A stretch of 63,289 bases of DNA, filler included, from Parasitella parasitica NRRL 2501 (taxonomy: Eukaryota; Fungi; Mucoromycota), in the NCBI GenBank assembly GCA_025201805.1. It is 5 parts of 5 records of this genome, joined end to end, with 100 filler letters (N's around TTAATTAATTAA, not from the genome) between each part and the next. Parts side by side here need not be neighbours in the genome. Positions count along the whole stretch, not along the records: positions 29,095 to 50,837 come from MU619329.1; positions 50,938 to 57,890 come from MU619280.1; 3 more parts are not named here. One strand, written 5' to 3'. This document shows, piece after piece, positions 37,097 through 51,759 of this stretch. The position numbers were made by a program, and so were the translations under genes. Positions within the stretch are counted from its first letter, which is position 1; each line of letters begins with the position of its first letter. The notes beneath the pieces were generated by a model. The model had not been told where the DNA came from, made no database searches, and worked only from the letters and a program-made list of their open reading frames with translations.

Positions 37097-40000
37097 ATGC
37101 CAACGCCCAGGATATACAGCGCGATCCTTGGGTTGATTGCCATAAGATTATGTAATTTTGTATCTGCAGAGGCATCGCCAACTGTAGATCTGACCATGAT
37201 GGCTCCTTGGTCAGCACCGAATTTATTGATCGAAGTCGCGTAAGGAACCCACTGCATTTTTTTTTTTTACTGATACGCAAAGATGCTAATGCACGCATGT
37301 GCCTAAACTTGAATCAACAGCGAGACTATAGCCACCTACAACGAATCAGCCTACTTGAGCTTCATGCACGATTTCGTTTCATTAGAACAACACTCGCCTT
37401 CTTGGACACCACATCAAACCTACAAAGAAGCAATCAAGGTCATCTCTGCTTTGGGCGTAGACGAAACCAACTTCTTCAAGCTGTCATTAGCCATCCATGA
37501 AGCAGCCCCTCGCATTGAGGCCTACAACCAGTTTTACAGAGAGAGCGTCGTGCCTGAAATTGTTCAGTACAATGCTGAATGTGATGTGTGGGCACAAATT
37601 GAAAACCAACAGTACTGTGATGAAGCTCAGTTCATCGATGCATTGTCATCAAGTCAGTCAGCAGCGCCACCCACACCTATAGAGGTTCTCCCTTTTGACC
37701 ATATTGTATACAACACTGCATCAGCAAACCCTACTGTTGCACTTTATACAGAGCGTTTCTCGACCAAATTCGCCCAGTTCCTCGATGCTCTCCAACAGCA
37801 TGACGTGACACATGTCATCCGATACAGACCAGACACTGCGAACGTGCCAGTACCTCTATACTTGTCTGGCTACGGTGTAGAAATGGCCCTGAAAAAGACA
37901 GACTATCTCGTTATCGATGACAGGTCTTCTCAAAGTAAGTTTTTTTTTTTATGTAATAATACTTTGCTTACTTTTTTTTCTACGTCGTCTTCTTCTTAGA
38001 GGTGTCCGGTATCAAGGACAAAATCTCGAATGCGGGCAAAAAGTTTGGACAATCACTGTTTCAAGCAACTCAGAAAGAAGCCATTGAGCCTGTTACCCCA
38101 AGCGAAATTCATAGACTTGGTTTCAAGGCCGCACAATACGTCTCCAAATCAAACAACCCCTTGGCAACATTGAATCAATTAGTGCAAGATTTCCCAAAGT
38201 ATGCCAAAAGCGTCAGCGAATTGGACATAGATACTAGATTTGAAGAGGAAATATTGGGCAATCAGCATAATTTCCTTCGTGCTGGTATGAGTGCAGTATG
38301 GCTTAACGGTAAAGGTCTTGAATTCAGTCAATTGGATCCGTTTTTGTAAGTACTCCAGTGTTGCTGGATGGGCCACAACATCTAACTTTTTGTTAGCCTC
38401 ACCCGTGCGTTGCGCAGTGAGCGAAAGCTGGTGGCCGCGTTTGAAGAGCTCGGTTTCACACCCAAAGACGCAATTCAAGTCATGTCGAATCCAGCATTTA
38501 CTATCGCCACTCAATCAGACAAAGCTGCCAACGTCGAAGTATTTGATATGAGAGATACGCTTGAGGAACCCTTTGTCATTTGGTGGAACGATTTAGAAAA
38601 AGACAAGAGATACAGTGAATGGACATCCAGCCTGGAAGACTACATTAGGCCGCAATACCCGGGCCAATTGTTGCCAGTGAAAAGAAATGTGTTTAACCTG
38701 ATCATGATTGAGGATTTGGGCCAAAAGGAATCAATTGCCAGAGTTGTGAACGAACTTCACATGATGATCAAAAGACTTGTTCCTGTTCGATTTGGCATCG
38801 TCTCTATTATAAAGGAAAACGACAGTATTTCTACAATAATGGCACAGTCTTTGAGTTATATTATCCAAGAGCATGGCAAAGGTGCCGGCATGAATTTTCT
38901 GACTTTGGTAAGGTCTTTGTAATACAGTATTTCAAGTATGACCTAATGATGTGACATTTAGGTACTGGAAACAATTCACTCTGAGGGGAAAAGCCGACCT
39001 GCCTTAAAGACCATCTCAAATTCCTTTGCGAAAACTGTCTCTAGTTCGGGAAAGCCAAAATCTGGCAAGAAAACATCTTTTGAGGAAGCACTCACGACAC
39101 AAGATGCATACACACAAGCCAGTAGCAGCTTCTTGAAACGTATGGGAATCACTGAATTGGGAGCCCAAGATGGTATCATGTTTATTAATGGAAAGCTCCT
39201 TGAATTCAGCGAAGAACGTCCGTGGGTCCAAGTGTTGATGCCTGCATTGCATGAAATCACCAGAGAGATCCAAAAGATGGTCTACATGGGGGAGTTTCTG
39301 GATGAAGGGTTCGACTTTTATGAGCATATCATGACACAACCCAACGTTGTAAAGCACCGTAATTCATTTATTGTCCCATCAAACTCCCATCCTCTTGTCA
39401 TTCAAGAGTTTCCTACAACAAAAAAATCAGACAAGCTTAAATATTTCCAAGCTGGTGACAAGAGTAAGCAGGCCGGCGTCAATCTTTGGGTTTCTACAGA
39501 CTTGAACACTGCCCCCGGTTTGAAACTTGCATCAGAGGCATTATTATATGCGCAGACAAATCCAAATGTCAGAATTGCCCTGATCCATAACCCTGTTGAT
39601 GCTAAAGACAAACCAGAAATCACTGTCCCCATTGTTGATCACGATAACCAGCCCACAATGTCCGATTTACTTGGAACTCTCATTTTTGCAGATGAAACCT
39701 TGGATATCGAACAATTGAGTAAACTGATTGAAAATGCTATTGAGCCGATGGTGAAGCAATCATATGGCGGAAACTCGGTGCCTGAATTTATCATTCCTGG
39801 CTCACCGATTATCGAAATGGAGGCAAAAGCACAGTCTGACGGTTGGAAAAACTTGGCGGATGCGCTAGAGAAGGATGGCCTTGAGAGGTCACTCAGCAAT
39901 ATCATTGTCAATGGCAGAGTGGTCGGACCTATTTCGCCTGGTGCTGTATTCAGCAAAGAGAATTTTGCTGCTTTGGTGGATCTGGAATACAGCAAGAGAA

Positions 40001-42051
40001 TCGCTCCGGTTGAACAGGCTATCAGCCAAGTCAAATACGCCATACCCGCATCAGATGATTTGGCTGATGTGCTGACAGCAATCTCTGTTCTTATAGAAAC
40101 AGATAAAGCCATCACCAGCAAAAGTATAGTCGAGGAGAATGAGCCTAGTTATCGCCACCGTGTGTATGAAAACATTCCCAATACCAAACATACTCGTCTC
40201 GTCATAGGCGATCCAGATAACTCGTTCTTGCAGATCGGATTCATCATTGATCCTTTGAGCGAAACTGCTCAAAAATGGGTGCCTTTGATCAATACATTGG
40301 CAACAATTGAAGGTGTCTCTGTTATCATGCATCTTAACCCTGTCAATGACTTGCAAGAGTTGCCCTTGAAGCGTTTCTATCGCTACGTATTTGACAGTGA
40401 GCCGCATTTTGACCCTGCCACTGGTGTGCAAGAAATCCCTACTGCTTACTTTAGCGAATTGCCGACTGACCCTCTTTATACGTTGGGCGTCGAGACTACC
40501 AACGCTTGGCATGTTACAGTTCGCGAAGCCAACATGGATCTTGACAACATTCTTTTGAATTCACTCAGTAAGGAAGAACATGGCGTTTCTGCTGTGTACG
40601 AGCTTGAAAACATCCTCCTCGAAGGCCATTGCTTGGATTCAAACAACAAATCGCCTCCTCGCGGCCTTGAGTTTGAGATTGCTACGCCCTCTAATCATTC
40701 TCGCAAAGACACACTTGTGATGGCCAACTTGGGCTATTTCCAGTTGAAAGCTTTGCCTGGCATATGGAATCTGGGGTTGCGTGATGGCCGCTCGTCTGCC
40801 ATTTACTCCATCGAAGACATTGGAGACAAGGGCAAATGGAACTGGGATGCCACTAAAGAGAGCAAGACGACCGAGAAAGCAGGCAGAGCACTGGCTTTGA
40901 CTTCGTTTGAGGGGATTACTGTGTTGCCTCTTGTTCACAAGAATTCTGGCATGGAATCAGAAGACGTATTGGAGAGCGCAGACGATAGAAAGCACGGAGA
41001 TGGATTGTGGTCTTCTTTCTCTAGCAAACTGTTTGGCAGCAAAAAAAGCCGGGATATAGTGGCCAGCAAATCAAAGCAGGCTGATATTAACATCTTCTCC
41101 GTTGCATCTGGAAAGCTGTACGAGCGGTTCCTTTCCATCATGATCGCCTCTGTTATGAAGCACACACAAAGCACTGTCAAGTTTTGGTTTATCGAGAACT
41201 TTTTGTCGCCCGAGTTTAAGGACTTTGTTCCGCACATGGCCAAGGAATACGGGTTTGATTATGAAATGGTTACCTACAAATGGCCTTCTTGGCTTCGCAG
41301 TCAGCGTGAAAAGCAGCGTACTATCTGGGGATACAAGATTCTGTTCTTGGACGTTCTTTTCCCCCTTGATTTAGATAAAGTTATCTTTGTCGATGCTGAT
41401 CAGGTAAGCACGGTCATGCTAGGAGATTCCGCACATTGCATTAATCAATTTCATCAAATACAGATTGTGAGGACTGACCTGAAGGAACTCGTTGATATGG
41501 ATCTTCAGGGCGCACCCTATGGATACACTCCTTTCTGCTCTGATCGCACTGAAATGGATGGCTTCAGGTTTTGGTCTGAAGGGTACTGGAAATCTCATTT
41601 GAGAGGCAAGCCCTACCATATTAGTGCGCTCTATGTAGTTGACCTTGTTCGTTTCCGTCAGTTGGCTGCCGGTGATCGCCTTCGAGCGCAATACCAACAG
41701 TTGAGCGCAGATCCCAACTCGCTGGCCAACTTGGATCAAGACTTGCCGAACAATATGCAACACCTAGTGCCTATTTTTTCTCTGCCCCAAGAATGGCTCT
41801 GGTGCGAGACATGGTGTAGCGATGAAAGTCTGAAAACCGCTAAAACCATTGATTTGTGTAACAATCCTCTAACCAAAGAGCCCAAGCTCGACCGTGCCCG
41901 TCGACAAATCCCTGAATGGGAGACCTATGATAACGAAATCGACGCATTACGTAAAAAAAAATTATTAGGAAATCCAGTGGTTGCAGATGAACATGGCGAA
42001 CAAATAGTAATTTCCGCTAACAAAAAAGAGCATCTCAAAGACGAACTGTAA
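37097..42051 (+). CDS. UGGT: UDP-glucose:glycoprotein glucosyltransferase (GT24)
   Basis: Signal peptide, LSGYGVEMALKKTDY, INIFSVASGKLYERF, WGYKILFLDVLFP, VIFVDADQ, NLDQDLPNN and C-terminal KDEL. Several introns, including in-frame 41404-41463. Confidence 0.97.
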
Positions 42052-42272
42052 TATTAATTTTATGCAAATAAAAAAGGGTGCATTACGTATGATGGCATTA
42101 TTTGTTTACAGTAATGAAATGTTGTTAGCTATTTACACATTATTGCTTTGGTGGCATTTTTAAATTGAACCAAAAATTGATACGCTATGATATGTTGAAT
42201 CTGTTATGTAGTTTACTACCCTCAAAAAGATAATTTTTTTGTCTTTTCTATACTATCAACCGATACCATACA

Positions 42273-44269
42273 ATGATCAAAAGACTACTTTCTTGGATTG
42301 CACCGGTTCGAAATAATAGACCCACTAATAAAGTGCATTCAAATGTTGGCAATATCCATGACAGCAATGAAGACATACTGAGAATCATCAAACTATACAA
42401 CCAAGGCACAATAAAGACAATCAATGACGAAGCTACGTTGAATGGCATCAAGTATCCGCGCTTATTAAGATACCGAGCGTCCAATTTCTATGTTTATCTG
42501 ATGGCTGCCCTGAGTATTTTTACTAGTGTAATGTCTACAATGAAGATGATAAGTAATCAAGATTAATGATTTCTTTATACAGATCTACTCGACTGCTTCG
42601 TTATCATCCATCACAGTCTATATCATTGAAAAGCAAATCAGACCCTCGGAATCCACTATGCACAATGGCGTAGATATCTTTTCAGACGAAGCAGTGGCCT
42701 ATGTCTTGTCCAGTTTCTATCTCTCTGGCTTGCTACTAGGATCACTCATGTTTGGGTGGTTGGGTTGTCAAATTCACCAGCGAAAATATTTGCTATTGAT
42801 AGGTACCTGTGCATCCATCCTAGCAGGCGGTGCATTCATGGTATCTATCGAATACTGGATGCTGTTCCCCGCAAAGTTTTTGCAAGGTTTATCAAATGCA
42901 TCTATATGGCTTATTGGCAGTGTAATGATCGCGGATGTATGGCCACAGAGTAAGTGGGGATTTATGGTTGGATTCATCTTTTGCACGTATCCCCTAGGAA
43001 TGGCATCTGGCTTGACAATTGGAGGAGGTATACTTGGTAAATTTAATCATACAAAATTACATACTGATATCAGTTTATACATATACAGTCGTATTTAAGT
43101 ATGCTGATCATAAAGCGTGCTTCTTTTGCGCATTGGCATTATCTTGTCTGACGTTGGTCATGCAAATCTGTGTTATAGAGAGGTGCACAATTCCCAGCGA
43201 TTGGTTGGAAACCAAAGAGCCATACAGGGCAGATCATCACCCTGAAATGCAAGAAGACCACTTTAAAGAAATGCAAAGAGAGTTGGAAGAAGGTGCCATG
43301 TGGAGTAAAAGCTCATCCTTATCAACAATAAACCTTCGAGATCAGCCAATTGTCTTTGAAAATGAAAAGGATACAAACATAAGGAGCACCGCAAAGGAGG
43401 CATTTCAAAATCTACTGGTTGTTCGCCTAGTGGGTTCAGCGCAGTTCCTGTCTTGCCTCTACAGGCTCGTTGTACTAGCTGCCATTGTTGGTGCTTTAAA
43501 GGTAAAAGAGCAAATGAAACCACTGTACAATGCTAATATAGAGCAATAGCCTTCTCTTTTGATCAAACTCGAATATCAAATGGGTATACTCAACACAACT
43601 TTTAGAAATGGAGTCTTGAGCGCATTCTTACTCCCCTTCGCCGTCTTTGCACTCACAAGTGGGTTACTATGCGACCGTTTTGGCACTAAAATTGTTGGCC
43701 TGACCTCCACCATTATTTCTATTCCGGCATTCATATGGATTGGTGTTCCAAATCAGAATATTCAAAGTATCGTTTCTGCTCTTGTCGTTGGAGGCATCAC
43801 ATTGTCTGGCATAGCTGTATCTGCTGTACATACTACTGTCAATGAAATGCAAAAATTTTTGATACAGAATCAACATGACAAGACAAAGTTGCAGCAGCAG
43901 CAGCACCAGCAACAGTACATGCCAGCTACTTTTGCAGCGATTTATCTCATGTCAGCTGTTGGTCTGTTTTCAGGCTTCTTTTTGTCGAAACTCAATGATA
44001 TCATTGGATTCTTCTGGTTGTGTTTCATCTTTTCGATGCTGCTATTTACCTGTGTTCCTTTTTTGGCTTATTTTGGTAAAGGCAAGCTAAAGGACAATAG
44101 CCAAACAGGACTTAGTGCGAGTGCCAGCAAAAAATCAATCGTTAATAATACACGGCCAGAGAGCTTTGCTGAATCTATTCTCTCTGACGACGAAACTACA
44201 ATAGGGTCGTCATCAAGATCTGATTGCAACATCAACCTGGAGTCCAAGTCTATTATTGTCATTCCCTGA
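42273..44269 (+). CDS. Major facilitator superfamily transporter
   Basis: Multiple transmembrane helices, motif-A-like GWLGCQIHQRK and GLLCDRFGTK, and KFLQGLS. Three introns. Confidence 0.85.
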
Positions 44270-44473
44270 GCTGATAAGGCAACCATCAAGTTCATACGTA
44301 CCAACTAAATAAAATATTTATGCAGTTCACAATTGTAGGCAAGCCATTTAGCCTTTTTTTTTTTTGCCTTTTTGAATATTTGTAAAGGCCACATTAACAC
44401 CTTAATAATACCGTATACCGTACTACTGTTTATAAGTCTAATGATTTTCCATGTCCATTTATTTATACAATGT

Positions 44474-45510
44474 TTAGTAAGGCTTGAATTTTCTGCTTTG
44501 TTTTAATTGCGCAATCTTTGCCTTATCCTCTTCGAAACGCTTTCTCAATTCGACCAATTCATTCTGCTTCTTTTCACGCATTTGGAAACGATAGAAATTG
44601 ACCAGCTCCTTCTTCTGTTTGAGTTTATGCTCTCTTTGGGCTTCTGCGGCTTCTGCGGAAATCGATCCCACATGGATTGTGCCATCAGTTGCTTTGGTCT
44701 TTTTATGACGAACAACAACGGTAAACCCATCATCGTCCATTTGATTCATACGCTCCAGCTTTTCACGCTCCTTCTGATATTCATCAGCCTTAAATTTCTT
44801 CATGAAAGAGTCTACTTCTTGCTGAAGATCTGCCGCGTTGGGTCGTGAAAGATCGTATGCTAAAATGTAACCTAACGAATCGACAATGTTTAAAAAGAAA
44901 TACAACAAATTAGCCGCCAGCGAAACTTACGCTCAAACCCTAATGGTTGATCCACTGAATCATCGTCCTTTGCCCATTTCTTTTCAACTCGGTGCATAGA
45001 CAGCGCTTTTGTCAAATCATCCTCAGTGCTAAATATAATATGTGCTGATGATCCGCTTGTAAATAATTTTCTTAGCTCTCTCACTTCTGGCTCTATTTGC
45101 TCTTGCTTTTTTTGATGCTTTTTCTTTTTCTTGTTGGCAGCAGCATCTAATTCTTGCTGCTGCTGTTTAGCTTGAATCTTCCAGTAATCCTCGGATACAG
45201 AAGAGCCAGAATCACTATAGGTAATTTGGTCAATGCCAAGACCCTTAAAAAGCCTCTTTATATGGCGGTCGGTCGTATCAGCAGGTAAATTCAACATGAA
45301 CATGGTGCGATCCTTGATGTCTTCGTCGACAAGTGATTTGCTTTCGTGCTTTCTGATGTAAAAGTAGTGGCGAACATTTTTCTTATTTTCATCCATTATG
45401 ACTGGAAGCACTTTGAAGCCTTGAAAATCTTCCAATAGCTTGGACGTCTTTTCTTGATTTTCTAATACCTGCTTGCTAGCGCTAGTGCTAGATTTCTTTA
45501 CTTTGGCCAT
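44474..45510 (-). CDS. RRP7: Ribosomal RNA processing protein 7
   Basis: HYFYIRKH...RTMFMLNLPADTT (RRM-like). RRP7 domain DDDGFTVV...LVNFYRFQMREKK...ELRKRFEEDK...RKFKPY. Confidence 0.93.
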
Positions 45511-45633
45511 AGTGTTGATATGTATGAAGAAAAAAAAAGAATATGTCAAAAAAACATGTGGCTCATTTCAATTAAGCATTTGGAAGAATGTATTCGAGTC
45601 ACATTGACAGTGTCTCCTTTATTGATGCACGAT

Positions 45634-47236
45634 CTATGAGGCTGCTGGCGAAGCAGCAGAACTATCTAATGAAGTGGTCGATTGTTTGTCGTTTTGATGA
45701 GGTGAAGAAGTAGGAATTGGGATGTCTTCAGGGGTAATATCAGCCTTTACTTTCATATAAATGGTTCCAATGATTCTCAGTCCAATGGCCCGACTTTTAA
45801 GTGTCTCTTTAGACACAGTGGTATCTGTTAATACTCGATCGCATACTTCTCTCAAAACGCCTTCAACTTCTAATTTTGAGCCTCTCCATATAGCTTGGAG
45901 TCCCTGAAATCCATCATATGTTAGATTAGAATGCAGTTGATCTAATGCACGTTATTTATACCTTTGTTGCTGCCTCGGTTTCTAATCTGATTCTCTGCTC
46001 GTCTGATAAATCACCCTTTTCTTCAGCTTTTTGCAATTCGGTATAGCTGGATTGGAGATCGAGTGCGGACCTTAGTGTCCCTACCGTTTCACTGAATATA
46101 TATCCCTTCTCCTTCATTGAATGAAAGACTCCACCTAATCCAAATGCAAAACCTCTATTGATGTACTGCTGAGCTTTCGCTGCGTATGTGTAACCGACAG
46201 CATTTAACAGCTCTACGCCATGGCTCTCTCGTTTAAGGCCTTCTGCTTCAATTTGAATAATGTTTGAGAATGCTGCATAACGTGCGTCTTCAGGGATGTC
46301 ATTGAGTTCTGTATATAGACTGAGCTTGTTGATCAATTTTGTGGTTAATGCCTGCACTCGGGTTTCTCTAGCAACAGCGCGGGCTCTTTCTAATTTTTCC
46401 TTCTTTTCCTCGCGCTCTACTTTTTGTTCTAATGTGAGTGATTTAAGATCTGCATTTTCTTGGTCTTGCTCATGTGTTTCGAGCGCATCTCTCATGTCCT
46501 TTCCGATGGATATTTCTCCAATTATATCAACAAACCGATCGCCACCAAACGATTGTTTGAAAAAATCCTCAGGGTCGACTACGACATATGCGAATGCTAA
46601 AATTGAGTCATCCAAGCATATAACAGATAAGTTAACGTATTTACCAAAACCACCGTCAGGGCGTATGCCGTTTTCTTCCCCAAATTCGTTATATCTTTTT
46701 CGCAATGCAGGGTCAGATAGAACCTGATATGCTTCAGATATTTTTTTGAACTGAAATGAAATCAATCGATCAAAGTTGGTCCAAAAAGATGATATATGCG
46801 CTTACCTTTTCTTCCGCAGTTGAATCGTTGGGGTTCTTATCAGGATGGTATTTGATGGCTAATTTTCTGTACGCTTTCTTAATCTCAAGTTGTGTTGCAG
46901 AAATCGAAACTCCAAGAGAATCATAGTAATCTGTTGAAACTGGATTTTCATCTGATATAAAAACGAAGAATTAGATTGGCCTCCTCTGATATAGATAAAA
47001 TGAGACCTACCAGTGCCTCTTTTCTTTGACCATTTGGAACTGCTTCTATTTGTATTCGCCTTAATCTTAGTACCAGTAGCATCTATTTCGAACGATGAGA
47101 TAGCACGACACGACCAGCACTGCACTTCCATCTTGGTGTTTCTCACTCCGGGAGCTGGTAAGAACTCGACTGGTTGAGAGCACTCTTTGCATACGGCTTG
47201 AACATATGGCTCTGGTTTTCGAGATGGACAGACCAT
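45634..47236 (-). CDS. DnaJ/Hsp40 (Djp1/Caj1-like, J domain plus DnaJ-X domain) with N-terminal CxxC-CxxC
   Basis: KYHPDKNP (about 46830-46853), [38 protein letters not shown] and LREVCDRVL. Spliced. Confidence 0.9.
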
Positions 47237-47924
47237 GTTGAATTGTAGCGAGAAAGAGAAAAAGGATTGATATTTCTGTCAATAAAGTAAAATTTAATCC
47301 CGAATTTACATGAGGTGGTGGCACAAATTAGGTCATTCGTTTATGCCATGTAATCATCTGTAGCAATAAATGCAAGCTATTTTTAAAGGTCGAATATTGA
47401 AGATGAGTCATGAGCATATCCAAGTTTTCTTTTTTGGCTTAAATTTTTGCTCATGAAAAAATTTCGAGGGTCAGCTTTATACATGATTTAAAATGATGGA
47501 TAATGGCAGCAAAGCAGCTTTGAGTGGGTTTCCTCGTACTCAATGAATGATGTCTTTTGTATTTGAGATAAAAAGGAGTCTACTGCCTTTATTTATGATC
47601 TGTCTCGAAATTCTACAACATTTGATTTGTAGGTGGTATATTATGGGTCACTACAGCTCACAGGATTTTATCGCGCATCCATAATTCCTATTGAATTGTG
47701 TACTGTATTGTATAGTTTTTATTCCAGGAGATTGCCGCCTATCTTTCAAATAATGTATCGATTTGCATAAGAATACCCTAGGCTTGATCCATTCTGTCAA
47801 GAATTGAGCTTAAATTATGAAAGTCTGTGTTTTTTATTCGTTAACAGTACAACCCCCAGCCATCATCCCCTCCCACACACAAAAACTTATTTTTTTCTTC
47901 TTCTTGCATTTATATAAATATATC

Positions 47925-48386
47925 ATGATTGGATTGAAGGGTACACTAAATGTCATTGATAACTCTGGAGCTATTGTAGCCGAATGTATCCGAGTTATGA
48001 GTGGTGCTCGTTTTGCTAGAGCTGGTTAGTATTATAGCCATAGATATATCAATAATGACAAGGGGTCTTTGACACTTTTTTTTTTCTTAGGTGATGAAAT
48101 TGTTTGTGTAGTTAAGCGTGCTAGACCTATCAACCCAAATATTGCTGGAACTCAAGCAGCTGCACAAAAAGTAAAGAAGGGTGATGTTCGCCATGCTCTT
48201 GTTGTTCGCACAAAGAAAGAAATGTCTCGTCCTGATGGCCGCTCTATTCGTTTCGATGATAATGCTTGTATTTTATTAAACCAAAAGAAGGAGCCTCTCG
48301 GTACTCGTGTATTAGGTGTTGTCTCTGCCGAATTAAGGACAAAGAATTGGATGAAGGCAGTGTCTCTTGCACCCAGAATTGTATAG
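47925..48386 (+). CDS. Mitochondrial ribosomal protein uL14m (MRPL38-like)
   Basis: MIGLKGTLNVIDNSGAIVAECIRV...GDEIVCVV...RPDGRSIRFDDNACILL...LAPRIV. One intron. Confidence 0.93.
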
Positions 48387-50440
48387 TAAGAAAATTAATA
48401 AAAACTTAGAGTAATCCGTACCAGTCAGAGTGTGATGTCCATTAAGATGTTTCAAGGGTGGTGGACGACATTAAGAAGGGAGGGTATACCGTGCATTAAG
48501 TGAATTTGAATTAGCAAATGGGCTTGGAGGGTATGAAGTTAGGTTTTTATAGACGCATTATGGAATGAAAAAGACTTGGAGATTGCTAATTGATTTCAGC
48601 AATACGGATTCAAATCATGATGTGGGGATACCGTTACAATTTTGATCTCAAGAATCAAGCATATAGGCCGAACTTTTTGCCTGCGTATATACTTTGAGCA
48701 CTAACGTATATATTATGGCTCAACTAAATTTTGCTAGTATATCGATCATGAGAAGCTTATCTCTCACTGTAATAGTCATTGCACAAGCATTACACATCCC
48801 TTAATGTGTGGATGAGTCAGCTAGGGTATATCTAATTTTCATATCAGATTTTTGTGATAAGGATCAAATTCAATGTATATCGTATCTAGAGTTTTTATGA
48901 TGGAATCAACGAAGTAAATTATTAAAAATATACTTGAACTTTTACATATCGTTACATATTTTTGATCATACTGGTGTTAGTGTTAATAGTCTTTGCAAAT
49001 GTTTTTTTTTTATAGTGTTATGTGGAAAAATAAGCATACACTACAATCATAGGAAGAAATGAACACATTATTATACAATGATTTAGAGACTTTATTCATG
49101 CGTATAATATATTCATTGATAGCGTACTTGTTTTTAAATATATAACTTAGGCAACTTCTTTGAAAAAATTAAACCAAATTACATGTAAATAGAGCTCGTC
49201 TGTCAGTTTCAGCTCCATTCAGGTGCTCGATTCTGTTTGGGATGTAAAGACTAGACTATGATGTGATTAGGGCATTATATTATGAATATGCGTGGAAGTT
49301 ATCTTAGAGTAATTGAAAATGGTCAATTATGAGAGTGCCATATTACGGTTTAATATGTCAATGTAACAGTACTAGTATGATGTTGTGCCTGATATCCAAC
49401 TTCTCAGGTACTTTCTCAATCATGCAAAAGACTTTTCCATGGTTACACTGCTATGGACATTCTCTCTTTCTCTCCTTCTGTCGATAAGTAATTCCTTCTT
49501 ATCGATTCATATTCTTCGTATTATATGTTAGTGATTGATTCTTTCAGGTGCAAGCTTAATTTTATTTATCCCATTGCCACGTATCTGATGATATCCGCGC
49601 TCTACTAGGCAAATGCGTATATAGTTTGATATCTCTATATCTTTCTTTTGACTAGAATATAGCTAGTCTTAGTTGTGACAAATTGCCTTTTTGAGAGTTA
49701 GTATAACGTAAGTTGACAAATGAAAAAATACACATATATCAAAAATTGGTACTCTGCAGTGCGGGTTTTGTGAAATTGGTAGCGATGTTATGGAAAGATC
49801 TTGCAGTACACAGGTCGAACCCGAGACTAATTCAACTATTTTGCTGTTATTTAAGTGCATATTATGTCGAATAACTAAGATGGTATGGTATCTCAGCGAT
49901 AGAATAGTGTTATGCGCAGAGGATATATAAATATGATCTGCTCAAAAAATGTATAACTTTATAAAAATAAAATCAGACACAAAAACTAATGACTTTATTG
50001 ATAAGAAAATGCCATCTTTTTATACTAGATTATATCTATTGTAACACTATTTGTCATCATGGTGAAACATTGAACTTGGTATGTAATACCAAGTTTATTA
50101 CATGTTCTACTGTGTACATTAATAGCTTATTCCTTGTCATTGTATACAAAGAACTACCAATCTAATAATTGCTTAATCTCATGCCTTTCTGGCACAACAA
50201 ATAGCAAGTAAGTATATCTGACAGAATTTAAACGTACGAAAGTCTAAATATAAAGCATAATCTCTATATATATGTCTAAGGTGAGACGTTCCCAGCATTC
50301 AACATCAGATCCAGGAACGTCGCTTCCATTGACTCAAGTTTTAATCCCATCCAGATAATTAATTAGCATCAGAACATCAATTTACCCCTAAGACAAAATT
50401 AACATGTTCCTTACTGACATTAGTGATGTCGACAAACTAT

Positions 50441-50482
50441 GAACTTGGAGGCCCTGTGTTCGATCCTCGGCGGGGGATTTTA
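50441..50482 (+). pseudogene. tRNA 3'-half remnant (B box)
   Basis: GGAGGCCCTGTGTTCGATCCTCGGCGGGGGA followed by a T-run. No D-arm or A box, and no acceptor-stem partner upstream. Confidence 0.35.
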
Positions 50483-50837
50483 TTTGTTTTTGCTTTGCGC
50501 ACAGCAGAAAATTGCAATTGTCGCATCAATATTAATATGTTTTGATAAAGTTTTCCTCGTGTGAGGGTGATGTCTTTACCCATACCACCAAGCTTCTAGG
50601 AATTGGTTCAAGGTGCACCCATTTATCCCTCATCTTAGATCATGGTAATATTGTTTCGGCACTGTCAAATAATTAGAGATTATCCATGTTGGAATAAGCT
50701 GAGTCGCCGACTTGAGTCCTCAGCTTTATGCGGACTTGAAAACTGTGAAATACATTCACCATGATGATCTGCATTCCACTTCTAGATTCATCCAGTTACC
50801 TTAAATTGATATAAACTACATATGCGCACAGATAATA

Positions 50838-50937
50838 NNNNNNNNNNNNNNNNNNNNNNNNNNNNNNNNNNNNNNNNNNNNTTAATTAATTAANNNNNNN
50901 NNNNNNNNNNNNNNNNNNNNNNNNNNNNNNNNNNNNN
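50838..50937. other. Artificial contig linker
   Basis: N44-TTAATTAATTAA-N44. Confidence 0.97.
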
Positions 50938-51009
50938 AATTGACTATGCGTGACATTTGAGTCTTATTTTTTTTAGTTACTTGCTTTTAGTTATACCATT
51001 CCATTGCAG

Positions 51010-51500
51010 AGTGCTTAGCAAAGAGACTAGACTTCCCCAGGAACTCATCCTAAAGATCGGCATGCCTGTTATGCTAATTCAAAATTTAAATGTCTCCCTT
51101 GGTTGGGTAAATGGTGCCATTGCCACAGTGTTTGAAGTTGATGAAGATAATATCGGACTTAAAAATTTGCAAATAATGGTGAAGAAGATGAAGAGGAAAC
51201 ATATTGGATCCAAAGAATCTCCAGACAAGTACATGGCACAAGCTATTCTAAAGCTCAGTTTCCGATTGTACCCGCTTTTGCTACCACCATTCACAAAGCG
51301 CAGAGCGCAACTATTGATTGTGTTGGAATTTTTCTGGACCATATGTTGACGCATGGTCAGTTATATGTAACAATGTCTAGGGTCAAGAAGGCATCTGATT
51401 TGTTTTTTTTTGGCGCTCCCATACCGTTAGCAATTAGCAGAAAGTACGGTGTTGATGTGGAGGCTATCAATATCTCTAGAAGAATAATGGGTGATGGAGA
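51010..51500 (+). pseudogene. PIF1-family helicase C-terminal fragment (probably Helitron RepHel)
   Basis: LILKIGMPVMLIQNLNVSLGWVNG, then after a frameshift QFPIVPAFATTIHKAQSATID and HGQLYVTMSRV (SF1B motifs V/VI). Truncated by the contig start. Confidence 0.85.
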
Positions 51501-51759
51501 TCAAGATGAAATAAAATTACTAGTCGCGGCAGTTGTACTCAAAGTCTACCAGCTTCAACAAGACAAAAAAAAAAAGACCAGGCCGCCCGCCAGGGCAAAC
51601 TACACTTTATAAATAATTGCTTCTTAAACTCATATCCATGGTATAATATAATCCCGACCTTTTGCTTTTTAGTAGAATTCAATAAAACAAATCATACAAA
51701 GCGTCTGTGAAGTAATATAGCTATCATAATGTTTGTATTTTAGATGCTGATGTCTTGTT

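Noticed and set aside
50441-50482. Functional tRNA gene
   Set aside because: Only the T-arm/B-box half is present and the T-stem pairs imperfectly.
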